DNA of 63,481 nt, counting the filler, from Choristocarpus tenellus KU-1152 (taxonomy: Eukaryota > Protista > Phaeophyceae), in NCBI GenBank assembly GCA_964200185.2. It is 12 parts of 12 records of this genome, joined end to end, with 100 filler letters (N's around TTAATTAATTAA, not from the genome) between each part and the next. Parts side by side here need not be neighbours in the genome. Positions count along the whole stretch, not along the records: positions 1 to 4,729 come from CAXNAD020013308.1; positions 4,830 to 8,599 come from CAXNAD020018022.1; positions 8,700 to 24,495 come from CAXNAD020000925.1; 9 more parts are not named here. The stretch is one strand, 5' to 3'. The notes beneath the pieces were generated by a model. The model was not told where the DNA came from, searched no databases, and was given only the letters and a program-made list of their open reading frames with translations. This document shows, piece by piece, positions 1 to 11,751 of this stretch (the first letter of the stretch is position 1; each line of letters opens with the position of its first letter). Position numbers and translations under genes: made by a program.

Positions 1-4
1 ATAT

Positions 5-377
5 ATCTCAAAGGATCGGGTGGGGGGGGGGGGGTTACATCAGGGTGTCCATTCGGCCCCTGACCAGGAGAAGTGCACTTACACTATCGATCCAACGCAT
101 GAGTGAAAGTGTCTTAGAGGGTGCAAGTTTTGCCCTGTTCGTCCATTTGGGACTTGGCTTCCCATGGGTTTTTTTATGACATTTTCCTACTCCAACATAT
201 TTAGGAGTAGATACAAAATTACACCAAAATCGCAACATTGGATTTTGACCTCAAATGGATGCTGCTCTACACTCTAAGATACTTTGGCACACATGCAACC
301 AGATCACCCAAAAATCGCGGTGTGGAAAAATGGTTCCCAAATGGACAGCCAGCACACACCCCCAGATACCTTGAGCC
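5..377. mobile_element. MITE family B copy carrying a nested family A copy
   Basis: Ends (at)ctcaaagga... and ...agataccttgagcc; poly-G, gtccatt/aaatggac subterminal motifs; interior interrupted at ccaacgcat|gcaacc by the family A element. Confidence 0.8.
101..290 (-). mobile_element. MITE family A, internally deleted, nested in family B
   Basis: gagtgaaagtgtcttagagggt ... ctctaagatactttggcac; approximate CAT target duplication (one extra base on the right). Confidence 0.85.
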
Positions 378-430
378 ATATTTTTCAATGCATGATGGCT
401 CAGGCTGTATCCGATTTTGGCATGTAAGGT

Positions 431-949
431 GAGTGAAAGTATCTTAGAGGGTACGATTTTTGCCCTGTTTGTCCATTTGGGACTTGGCTTCTCATGTTTT
501 TTTAATGACATTTTCCTACTCGAAAATGTTTAGAGCCAAAGTATCTTAGAGGGTAGGGCCACGTCCATTTGGAGGCCAAAATCCAATGTTGCAATTTTGA
601 TGTAATTTTGGCTACCGTGTTTGTTAGGAAGTGCAAATATCCTTGTTCCGGACACACCTTTCATAACGTATACATTTTACCTACTCAGAAACATTTTGGA
701 GTGGAAAAATGTCATAAAAAAACCCACGAGAAGGCAAGCCCCAAATGGACAAACTGGGCAAAACTCCTACCCTCCAAGATACTTCTACTCTTAGGAGTAG
801 GTAAAATGTATACGTTATGAAAAGGTGTATCTGAAACATGGATATTGACACTTCGAAACAAACACGATAGCCAAAATTACAACAAAATCGCAACATTGGA
901 TTTTGACCCCCAAATGGACACGGCTCTACCCTCTAAGATACTTTGACTC
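431..949 (-). mobile_element. MITE family A, outer copy interrupted by a second A copy
   Basis: TIRs gagtgaaagtatcttagagggta (431) and taccctctaagatactttgactc (949); consensus interior resumes at 794 after the insert. Confidence 0.9.
533..790 (+). mobile_element. MITE family A, nested in opposite orientation
   Basis: gagccaaagtatcttagagggta ... taccctccaagatacttctactc, flanked by a TTA/TTA 3-bp TSD. Confidence 0.9.
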
Positions 950-3916
950 AAATTCTCTTTTGCTATGTATATGGCCTCATTCTTTGTTGTGTCATGTGGG
1001 AGCACCATACAGTCTAACTTTAGAAACTTTCAATTTCTCTTTATAATGCTGGCATTGTTTTGGTACCTTCCAAATTGAAGTATGGCATTGCAGAAGTTGA
1101 GTATCTTGGACATACTGTTTCCAGTGAAGGATCATGCCTTGCAAGGCTTGCGGTGTAACCATCATTGATCTACCAAACCCTGAACAATCAAAATATCCGT
1201 CCAATCGTTGTTTGTGTCATTTCTTTCTGTATATTATTCATTCATATGCGGATCTGACATAAACGTTTTTCAAGTTCTCGCGTGAGGAGTTCATTACATA
1301 CTCTTCTGTTGAATTAGGCATTCAGCACTTGCCCTCGACTATCGTCGTGAACTGGATATGATGTAGTATGACCGCAATTTTTTAGTGGTTCATTTACTAT
1401 ATTTCCGCTTTGTCCACACTGAAATATGTGCAGCACAAACGACCCAACTTCCCCTTCATTTGCGTCTTCGAGGCTCCCAACTCAGCACCATTCCCCCCAC
1501 AAGAGAGTTGAGTTGTAGTTTGTACTTTTATGTTGACACTGGAACTAACGTACTCTGCTGTTCCTTTTCCCCAGGCCACAACCCCAAAAATCTGTGTTTT
1601 GGGGGGAGGAGTCAATTTGTGGTTCCAAAATACTGATATCCTCTTGTCTTACATGCCTGCCTCCATCATCCTGTTTGAGGGGGTCACTTTTTTTTTTCAT
1701 ACATTTGACAAGGTACCAGACTGACACTGGTGGCCCATGTATCAGAAATATGTGAGATATAGGTGAGAGATGTGTCACCTTTGCTAACGACAAGAAAAGC
1801 ATCTCGCAGATGTCCTACTTTTGTCTCAACAACAAATTCCTACCACTTTAATGTTCGAACATGCTGCTGTCGACCTTATTCAATGTAATAACATTTCCCC
1901 AGAATGTGGATATGATATTTCTCTCATTTGCCAGTTGGCAACACTTCACCTTTCTTCTTCCTAAACCAGACGACAAACAAGAAGTGACCATTGCCAAAAA
2001 ACAAAAAGTAATATTTTCAATATGAGGTGCATCACAAATTCTTCACTCTGACCACGGTCAGAATTTGAAAATATTCTTGTTCAATATTGTAGAAAATATT
2101 TTGTGTACCATATAAAAATCGAATCACACCCAATCGATCTCAGCTGAGGGAGGCGTGACGAATAACAGGGCAACAGCAATGCACAACAATTCGACTCTTT
2201 GACGCAGTTACAAGGACGTCTCTCAAACGCTACGTACAGGCGGGGGGGTCAAGACTAAACTACAGTGAGTGGGCCTAGATATGGTAAGAAGGAAGAAGCA
2301 AGTTCATGGAGAGCGACATGCAACTCCTGCCAATAACCCTCGTCTATGCTTGAAGCTCCACCTATGCCAATAACCTCAGTCTCTGCAAAAAAAGTACAAT
2401 TGTAGAGTATGCCCATTCAACTCTCTCCACCATTTTAGCCGTGTACAGTAGGAACTTGAGAATTATCATTGTACGAATGTTCCTTTTCTTCATCTTGCTC
2501 ACAATACAAACATACAACATTACATAGCATTTTTTTTTCTTGCATGTCGGACATCGTCTAAATTTTCCTATACACTTAACTTTTAGCCTTTCCATAAAAA
2601 AATAATAGTAACCCAATCTGACCAACATTTCCTCAATCTAACCCTAACCCTCAATCAGCACATGAGAATTCCGAGATAACATTTGAATGATCCTGTCCCA
2701 TTCTGAGAGGAAGGATGCAAAAACAACTGCTAACAACGAAACTCTTATATTCCTCTTCTTTATCATTGGATAATCAAGTTTTGTTACGTAGGCCACACAC
2801 TCATCGCGATTAACTCAACCCCATTTTGGATTACCCCTGGCGTCAACCTAAGACAACTAATGGCAACCTTTCCGGGGGTCTACCGCGTTCGAAAACATGG
2901 TCACATCAAGGATATTACATCCGAACACACAACCACCTGACTGAGCCTGACTTCGAGAAGCACACTGATTTTTTCGCGGCTATACTCCGCCCGTATTGGA
3001 CCATCATGCTTCTGAGTCTCCTATCAACAATTGGTCCTTACATTACTACTGAAGCTATTGTGGGGTACAGACTTGGTCACGGAAAATGCTCCAGTGTGCA
3101 GTAATGATTTCTGACTATCGTCAATAATATTTTCTAGATATACCTAACACTAATTCTAATTATACATCCCTGGCCACTGCCAATCCTGCTTCACGAACGG
3201 TCAATTCTTTGCCAGGTCTTGGACTGTACCAGATATTATTTCGGATTACATCTCGCCTGTTGTGAATCATACATTTTGTGTGTCTCCGCCAATGATTTTC
3301 TTACGAGTGAGAATATATGCTCCAAAATAAATCCCACTATCTTGGTTTTGTTGGTCCACTTTTTAATGGGTGCTTGACATTGCCTATATATCAACGTATG
3401 GCAAGTTGATTATTCATACATGTGCACCCAGTCTATGTGGGGAGTAGACGTGGAACTCATTCTTCTGTTGACTTGTTCACAGTTGTTTCTTCATTTTTCT
3501 TTTCGATGTCCCTCTTTAGTTTTTTCTTTTATGCATGACGACAACTCTTTTGCGCAAATAGTTATTTAGTGATAATACATTGTCAGCTTGATACCTGTTT
3601 GTTGCCCACAGTTTCGGATTGGGCTTCTTGGCTCAAACTTCGGCTTTGTTTTATGATCGATTACGCGTGCGAGTGTTTCCACACAACGATATACTTACCA
3701 TCCCTCCACTCGGGATGCACCTTGTTCTCTTCATTCCAGCCAGCGTTATTCCACGTATCTCATTCTGTGTTTAATTGCACTTGTTTTATTACTACCTCCG
3801 TGCCATGAGTCTGTGCTGTACTGTCCATAACTTTCGGAGATGATGAAATTAATTTCTGAAAGAAGATTTGGAATCCTAGACGAATTTCTGGTTAGGGTCG
3901 ACTCTTCTTATTATTA

Positions 3917-4693
3917 TTACTTCCCATCCATCACAATTTTACCAGCCAAAGAAAAAGTCTCCATATTTACCTTCGGCATGCTTTCAAGCTCACCAGATAA
4001 CTGCCTCTTCCTTACGCCTGTGTGCTCCACACTTAAGTCATTCCCCCCTTTGAATCTAAGTACTTGACTGTACACCACAAAAAGGAGCTGCCAAGCCCTC
4101 TCAAGTGTGGTTTCATTGTACTCCTCATACTGTTTCTTAATGACCTTCACCATCTCAACAGACCCAAACCACTCCCCCATCACCTGGCATTTCAAAGACC
4201 TGAAGAACCACAGGTCCATGATATTTAGGTCGGGGGAGTTAGATGACTTTGTCACATGCCTAATCAGCTACCCCTCAGTCTTCCTTGCCCTGACAAGATT
4301 TCTGAGTTGCCCTTGCCTGTGTGGGGGGTGGCACCGTCTTGCTGAACTACAATGTGCTTCCCCTGCAACCAAGGCATGTTGGTCTTGATTGCGGACAGTA
4401 ACTCCTCCGTGTACCACTTCCTGCACCACAGATAGTCTAAAGCATAGTCCTACTCATACGCATTTCCCTTTTTATATTTTTCTTGCTTGTCCTGTCTTCC
4501 GTTTTCGGCGCACACACACGCCAAACACCGAACTTTCCATCAAAGCTGTGAGTCGAATCTGGGCGGGCGTTGACTGCAATGTTCATGGTTTGGGGGATAT
4601 GACTCTTGTGCTGCACTGTAGGGGACCCTGGAAGGTCGTTATCATCCTCATGCGGAAATATCCTAACCCTTTCCCCATCACCCATCATGTAAA
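3917..4693 (-). pseudogene. Tc1/mariner transposase relic (plant/oomycete DD39D-like type), frameshifted
   Basis: Motifs KSHIPQTMNIAVNARP, FDGKFGVW, IVVQQDGATPH, NSPDLNIMDLWFFRSLK and VLRFKGGND spread over several frames; cut at 4694 by a family B MITE end. Confidence 0.85.
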
Positions 4694-4729
4694 GACCCAA
4701 AGTATTTGGAAGGGGGGGGGGGTCTACAC
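4694..4729. mobile_element. MITE family B terminus at contig end
   Basis: gacccaaagtatttgg + poly-G + gtctacac. Confidence 0.75.
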
Positions 4730-4829
4730 NNNNNNNNNNNNNNNNNNNNNNNNNNNNNNNNNNNNNNNNNNNNTTAATTAATTAANNNNNNNNNNNNNNN
4801 NNNNNNNNNNNNNNNNNNNNNNNNNNNNN
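4730..4829. other. Artificial contig linker (44 N + TTAATTAATTAA + 44 N), first of 11
   Basis: Identical 100-bp spacers also at 8600-8699, 24496-24595, 27855-27954, 31197-31296, 35071-35170, 37729-37828, 43980-44079, 53581-53680, 56660-56759 and 60693-60792. The 12-mer puts stops in all six frames. Confidence 0.98.
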
Positions 4830-4981
4830 CTGTCCATTTGGAGTCAATTATTTCATGTCGTGATCTTTGGGTGATTTGGTTGCATACGTCGGATGGATAA
4901 TCTAAGTGCACTTTTCCTGGTTTTGGTCCAAATGGACACCCTGGTGTAGACCGCCCCCGCCCCCTGTAGATACTTTGGATC
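4830..4981. mobile_element. MITE family B, partial
   Basis: ctgtccatttgg...gttgcatacgtcggatggataa...ccaaatggacaccctggtgtagacc...agatactttggatc. Confidence 0.85.
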
Positions 4982-5019
4982 ATAGTTTTTTCAGAATGGG
5001 CAGAGGAGAGTGGTCCACT

Positions 5020-5276
5020 GAGTGAAAGTATCTTAGAGAGTACCAGTTTTGCCCGATTTGCCCATTTGGGGCTTGGCTTTCCATGCTTTTTTTCATGACT
5101 TTTCCTACTCCAAAATGTTTCAAAGTAGGTAAAATGTATACATTATAAAAAGGTCTGTCTGCAACAAGGATATTGACACTTCCTAACAAACAAGATAGCC
5201 AAAATTACATCAAAATCGCAACATTGGATTTTGGTCCCCAGATGGACGTGGCTCTACCCTCAAGATACTTTGACTC
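5020..5276 (-). mobile_element. MITE family A, full length
   Basis: About 23-bp TIRs; ACT/ACT TSD. Confidence 0.93.
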
Positions 5277-6105
5277 ACTATGTCTGGTAACTTAGCCTTG
5301 ACCGAAGATTCTGATAGCCCCACCTGAACCTGCCGTCCTTCTTCCCAAGCTCCTCCAACTCACAAGAGAGCTTACATGTGCTTGAGTCTGAAGCTCCGCT
5401 ACAGTGGAGCTATGTGGGATGAACCCCCTCCAACAAAAAAATTAAACTTGCTTCATACTGTCGGAAAGTAAATACTCTAGAGTAACTTGTACCAGAAAAA
5501 CTACCTGGTATTAGGCATGTTTGTCAGGGATAGAGAGGGAGAGCCTAGCCAGAGGCAGCACAGCTGCTTGCTGAATGACTTACAATAGGTGGGCGCAGTG
5601 GATACCTTAAGCAGGGCAACTGTGTGACCCGGTTTTGGGGGTGTATCATGACGTTGCCATTGATGATTATTTACTTAGTAACTGTAGTGGCAGAGGCACT
5701 GTGCGATTCCTGAAGGGTACATGTTCCTTTGGACAAGAAGAAGCACATGAAAATCAAGACCTCATTTCCCCATTGTGTATGTACTGGACTCCAACATACA
5801 ACTCTGTACTTGGAAGAAGAGCATGTCCTTGCACAGTAGTTTAAATAACCCTTCATTGTAGTTGGAGGCTCCATATGACTACACATAAGAAACAACGACC
5901 CCTAACCCTAGGATTGACTGTATCATTAGTATCATACTACCCCGCCGACCTATTACTAGTCAGCGGAAGTCGGAAGTATCAGTATCTAATCAGGCATCCA
6001 CCCTAAAGTCAGCACTATTTTAACCCTTATCTATCCATCCATCCGTGTTGCAACCACACATTTTTGAGAACTAGGCCTATAGCACATCACACTTAGGGTG
6101 TAATA

Positions 6106-6364
6106 AAGTGAAAGTATCTTAGAGGGTACGAGTTTTGCCCTGTTTGTCCATTTAGGGCTTGACTTCCCACAGTTTTTTAATGACATTTTACCTACTCCGA
6201 AATGTTTTGGAGAAGGTAAAATGTGTACGTTATGAAAATGTGTGGCCAAAACAAGGATATGTACACTTTCTAGCAAACACGATAGCCAAAATGACATCAA
6301 TAATCGCAACATTGGATTTTGGTCCCAAATTAACCTGACTCTACTGTCTAAGATACTTTGACTC
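6106..6364 (-). mobile_element. MITE family A, full length
   Basis: TIRs aagtgaaagtatcttagagggta and ctaagatactttgactc; ATA/ATA TSD. Confidence 0.93.
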
Positions 6365-8699
6365 ATAACTGATGGGAGTTTTCTCTATAGTGCACACAGC
6401 AAGAGACCCCACACGATAGAATTTCGGATGTCAACCCTTAAGCAGTGCTTCTGGAAGTCTGGGGAACTGGGGGGTGCAGGGTATAATGAATGCAAAGCAG
6501 GTGATGGCGAAACTGCGAGCAGCAAATTTCCATGGCGACATATTTCTGCCGCAGGCAGTGCACCAGGATCACTGTGCATGAGGAGGACACAGTGCCGATT
6601 GGTCCTTAGCCCCCAACCAGGTAGGGTTAGGGTTGGCCTATTGTAGTTTGTATTGATAGAGAGCAATCCGTATTGCCCTGTAGCACTACGCATCTCTGAT
6701 TGTCTTAGTGAGGTTGGATGAAGGTGAACTAGTGCTCCACAGTTCTAGTGTGCAGGGCTCCAGGTATGTACTCAACACAAATGTTGGGAATGTTGTTTTG
6801 TCTTGGACGCAAAATTGGCAGCGTGAAACGGTCAGTTTTGGCAGGACGCACAAGGGCAAAAAGGATATTGATGTCGAAATTTAATACAAATGCATACGGT
6901 ATACTTCTAGCTACTGCTCCTCTAATAACAACCGCAGCATCTCCTTAATATGTGGGAATATCACCAACAAATAGAAGCACTTTGGTCCACGATGATCATT
7001 CGTGCATCTACTGGTGGAGGGAGAGTAGTGGAGATTGCTCATCCTGCCCCTGAGGTACTTACAATTTGGAGGAGTGGCAGAATTGCGAAAAGATTGCTCT
7101 TCCAATCCAGTTAAAACAGATAAGATCCCCTAGAGATGCGCTGAGTTCTAACCTTGACATTGACTATTGCCTCCAGAAACTCAGCAATGACGAAAAGCTC
7201 CTCATCCTCTTGTTCATCGATCCAGCTAGACGAAAAGGTTTTGGCGGTGCACGTAGGGTGATCCCAAGAAAAAGGACAGGGCAAGTGTGTTTCATTGAAG
7301 TGTAGAATCCGGGCACAAAAGGTGGCATCCGGGAGGAGAAAAGTTGTGGCAGGGTTGCTGTATTCATGCCTAGATAACTAAATAGTAGTAGGTAGAAACA
7401 TTATCAAGGGTCAGGGCAATGAGGGAGGGGAGGTTGAAGGGTCAACATGTTTCACTGCTGGCTCAATGTGACCATCAGGCGCCCACCTCCTTGGTGTAAA
7501 TATTCTCTGTTGGTCCTAATTCTACTACCCATCAGTCTTGGCAAATCTATTATGTACTACACATTACTATTGCTCAAGACTCCAAGGCAGTAATGGGGGG
7601 CCCTGCTGTGTCTACATGGCCGTGACCATAAAACCACAGAGCTCATTTTTGTTTCCTTACGGATAGAGCCAGCTCAACAGGAATTGCCATTTCCCAATCC
7701 CGTTATCTACCATTCGCAAAGCATCCTCGGTAAACACGCAGCTTGTCAGGATGAAACACTAGGATGAAGAGTGCACGTGACCTACCTCTCTTTCTCCCAA
7801 CATATACACGCTGCTACCATAATACCACAAGACAATCCATTGCATGTACCCCGGAGGCCTAGCATTCTTTTTGGCGAACAGCAATATAGCTGGATTTTTT
7901 GCGATCTGTATATACATTGCATCCAACAGTACTTCTATGTGTAAATATAGATATTTGAAGTAGATTTTGTAATGATGTGAAAATTAGCAAGCTATTCTGC
8001 CCTTGCCCTTTCTTCTTCTACATGAACAGAAGATCATTCCTGTTCCCACCTTGTGCAGTCTATTGCATTTTCTGGATGGAACATGTATGCCATCGGGGAG
8101 TTGTCGACAATAATTGTACTCTCTAGGGTCTGGCCCCGGAGTAAGGTCAGGTCCTAGAACAATAACAGCAATGGTGGTGTAACGTGTCCTTTGGTCAAAA
8201 ACACTAATTTGTTGGTCAGGACTTGGTGGGGGGTGGACATTTGGTGTGATGAGTCAATTTCGACCTTGTCGTGTTGAGTGTATATCTGTTTGTTTTTTTA
8301 CTGTGCTGCTATGGCTCAATACTATCCACAGCAGTCTGTCCTTAACCCTTATGAAACACCAAGTGCTCTAAAGTGATATTTTGCAGGTGGAACAGGAGCT
8401 AAAGCAGTGTGGTTCATTGTGCTGAGAGGATCCTGGCTTGTCACAGAGCAAGGAGTATGCAGTAGAGGTCAATAGTATCCTAGAGGGTGGTGGGGATTTA
8501 GTGCTAGTTGCCCATTCGGGGCTTGATGGGTGTGGTAACCACCCCAGTTTGATGCCCGGTTGGGGGTAATTTTCCATCGGATTTGGTTTAGGTGGGGGGN
8601 NNNNNNNNNNNNNNNNNNNNNNNNNNNNNNNNNNNNNNNNNNNTTAATTAATTAANNNNNNNNNNNNNNNNNNNNNNNNNNNNNNNNNNNNNNNNNNNN

Positions 8700-8787
8700 A
8701 CAATGTAAGTTCCCTCCCCCTGGTCAGGCCCCAAATGGACCCCCTGGTGTGGCCCCCCCCCCCCCCCCTCGCCAGATACTTAGAGCC
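8700..8787. mobile_element. MITE family B, partial
   Basis: ccaaatggacccctggtgt + poly-C + agatacttagagcc at contig start. Confidence 0.8.
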
Positions 8788-9085
8788 AAACATGTATGTC
8801 TATTAATTAGTATACTATTGCGCCATTTTGTTACGCGACTCCATTAACACAAAATGAAGTGTAACATATAAACGAGGCATTAATGAACTGGTCAGGATAT
8901 CATCAGCCTCAGTTGGTATGTGGTCAGCGTAGGGCAAAAAAGTGCAATTTTGTACAATTGGAGAAAGAGCATTTGCTGAATTGTGGCGTCAGTTTGTGTG
9001 TTGAACGGGTGAATATTGATTTTGCGTACACTATTGTGCACATACTGCAATCAATGAGATAGAAAACACTGCACACGGTAAGAAA

Positions 9086-9919
9086 TGTGGCTTAGAGAGT
9101 GTGTAAGGGTTAAAACCTGGCTACCTCTCAATTGGTTTGACTCAACACTGAACTCTCAACTTCAACCTTCAACCCCCCCCACCCTACACTACTGAATGAC
9201 TTTGTGTTGGTGTCTAATTTTATGACCCCTTTAGAGATGATGTACAAATCTCCATTGGAATGTGGGCCAACCATTTCAAGCTTTATTTCTTCAAGTAGTC
9301 ATACTTTGGGATTTATAGGACAGGCATGGCTAATCATTGTGGGTAGACATGCTGTGCCAAGAGCGGTTAGAACCCAGTTTATGTGGTCATAAACATCCGC
9401 TTTGATGCAAAGTAAACGAAAGTTATCCAGTTTTTTTCCGTTTTGCAATATTAGCCTGTTTTCAATTGTTTGCAATTCACCCATATTTCTATGGATGCAG
9501 TGCTAAATTTTACTGAGAGGGTTGATTTCTCTATAGAATTTTTTCAATAATTCAGAAAATATCTTATACGCATTTGTCCAACAAGTCGAAGTTTGAACAT
9601 ATTTGCTGGCATCCTTAAAATGCAAATCTGGGTACCTCTCATTTACGTTGACTCAGTGCCTTTTAAGATGAAACTAAACTAGAGATGATTTACCACCATG
9701 GAAGTGGGTATGTAATCTCTACAGCAGTCACAAAACCAGTCCATAAAGTACGATAGAGGGGGTTAAGGTTGAAGTTGAAGGATCAGTGTTTTCGTTTTGA
9801 ATCAGGTACGAATGTCGAGTTCTACATAGACCAACGTTTTAAACTGAGTTTGGTTGAGTTGATGGTACGGAAAGTTACTGCGCGCTAAACCCAAACCCTA
9901 TTTAACACACTGAGCCACA
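9086..9919. mobile_element. Putative non-autonomous TIR element (family C, about 830 bp)
   Basis: Imperfect inverted ends tgtggcttag..aagggtt / aaccct..ctgagccaca, plus an inner inverted pair caacactgaactctcaacttcaaccttcaaccccc (about 9143-9178) / gggggttaaggttgaagttgaaggatcagtgtt (about 9758-9790). No TSD seen. Confidence 0.5.
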
Positions 9920-10680
9920 CAGTCATAGCAATTCCTAGAGCAATTGCTGCATGAGCTGGCGACTCATGTCCTGGGCGGTAGGGAACCTGTTGGGTGTCAT
10001 TGGAAGAATGCAGTGAAGGCACACCTGCGACAGATTGTGCCAATCACAGGGCATATATGTGGCGATCTTTAGGCACGAAATATAATTCAAACTAGAGACA
10101 CTGGGCAATTGAGGAAGACAGGGCTTGACAGACTCTTGGGACTATTCCCTTGTTTCTAGACAGCCTTTTGCTCTAGTTTACTTAGGAGTAGTTTGAGCTG
10201 TATATGTATGTCTTGAATTTTTTTCTTGTCTTCTTTATTCCAAATACACTACAACTACAACTCTCGCTAGTGTATCAGAAGGCCTTGTCAGCACTACAGA
10301 CTCTGGTACTGTCGTGTTAGTTGTATCCTCTTCCTTAAATATCGTGTTTCTGCTTCCCATCATGTCAACACTTACCTGTAAAATGTCACCAGGCAAAAAA
10401 ATATGATACATATATATATATATATATATATATATCATTAGTAGTCACAACACATACACATACATGTTACTTAAATTATGTCGAGGGAATATTGGTGTTT
10501 TCCTTATTTTCAGTAACAGTTACATATTGACAGTAGTTGTAACACCTCGTCTAAACTACAAACTGCTGAGTAAGCTTGTGCGAATGTTTCATTAGTCGAA
10601 TCACTTGTATTCTGACCCTCACTTTACCTCCCTGTATTCTGACAGGAAAGGGAATTTCAGCATAGAAACACTATACTTGA

Positions 10681-10920
10681 CAGTGAAAGTATCTTAGAGG
10701 GTACGAGTTTTGCCCTGTTTGTCCAATGGGGCTTGGCTTCCCACGGGTTTTTTAATGTTTCGGAGTAGGTAAAATGTGTATGTTATGAAAAGGTGTGTCT
10801 GGAACAAAGATATTGACACTTCCTATCAACCACAATAATAGCCGAAATTACATCAAAATCACAACATTGGATTTTGACCCCCAAACGTATGCACCTCTAC
10901 CCTCGAAGATACTTTGACTC
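10681..10920 (-). mobile_element. MITE family A, small internal deletion
   Basis: TIRs present; TGA/TGA TSD. Confidence 0.92.
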
Positions 10921-11751
10921 TGAACACCATCATTCCTTCCAGTGTGCAGGTGACCATCCAGAGCTGACGCTCACCTATGAGGCTTTGTTTGGTGAGGCGC
11001 ACATGATCTCTACAATCTGGTCATAGCATCCATTGGGGACTCGCTTATCCACCACTACAAAAGTTCAATCCCTTGCCACAATGCCTGTTGTGCAGAAAGG
11101 TCAGGTAGGTCAATTGGGGAATTTATTACTTTACACCTCTTACAGAAGTCTGACTTGTCAAAAAAGCAGGCGTAGGATGGTCACTGGAGACAAGCTGGTG
11201 AGTGCATTATCCACAAAATAACTGCAGAACATCCTTGCAGAAATAAAGGTTGGGTCTCATTTCTTCCTTATGACATGAAGAGAAATAATTACCTTTCAAT
11301 CATTGCAGAGACAACTGATCCACCATAAAGACTGAGCCCAAGACACTGTTCATCACAGTAAATATATTTTGTTCCCCTTTACAGCATCACTAATTGATAC
11401 AGTTTTGTAATAAAGAGAATAGCAATTGCTCGTCGTTGAGATCACCACGTCACTGCAAATTTGAATATTATCTATGCTATACTGAAGTACAGACACCTTT
11501 GTGAAGGGCGTCGCACTCCCTAAGCCTTGCAAATCCTAGAACCTGAAATCTCCACCTTAAAGGTGGTGGGTGCTCGCCTAAGAGTTTTAGCCCAATGAAA
11601 GAACACTTGACTACTCCCACCCTTCCCCTCCTATCACACCTTACAAAGATCCTCAAACAAGCAACCTCTTCGATTTTGTCGCTACTACGTAAGAGATTTA
11701 TTTACTCTTTTGGGGTTGACTCTTTTCCCCCTGTGACTGTAGTGACAGCCA

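Noticed and set aside
35-896. Recurring short ORFs (KPSPKWTNRAK...PSKIL) as a peptide family
   Set aside because: They are chance translations of MITE family A, with frames not conserved between copies.
2826-3400. Possible Ty3 chromodomain-region remnant (EAIVGYRL, ILRPYW)
   Set aside because: Motifs are too short and not in the expected order; cannot be supported.
4774-4785. Recurrent TTAATTAATTAA motif as a biological site
   Set aside because: Always centred in exactly 44+44 N; an assembly linker.
6019-9113. TTAACCC / GGGTTAA sites as piggyBac ends
   Set aside because: Candidate ends lie on different contigs and no extended TIR or transposase is visible.
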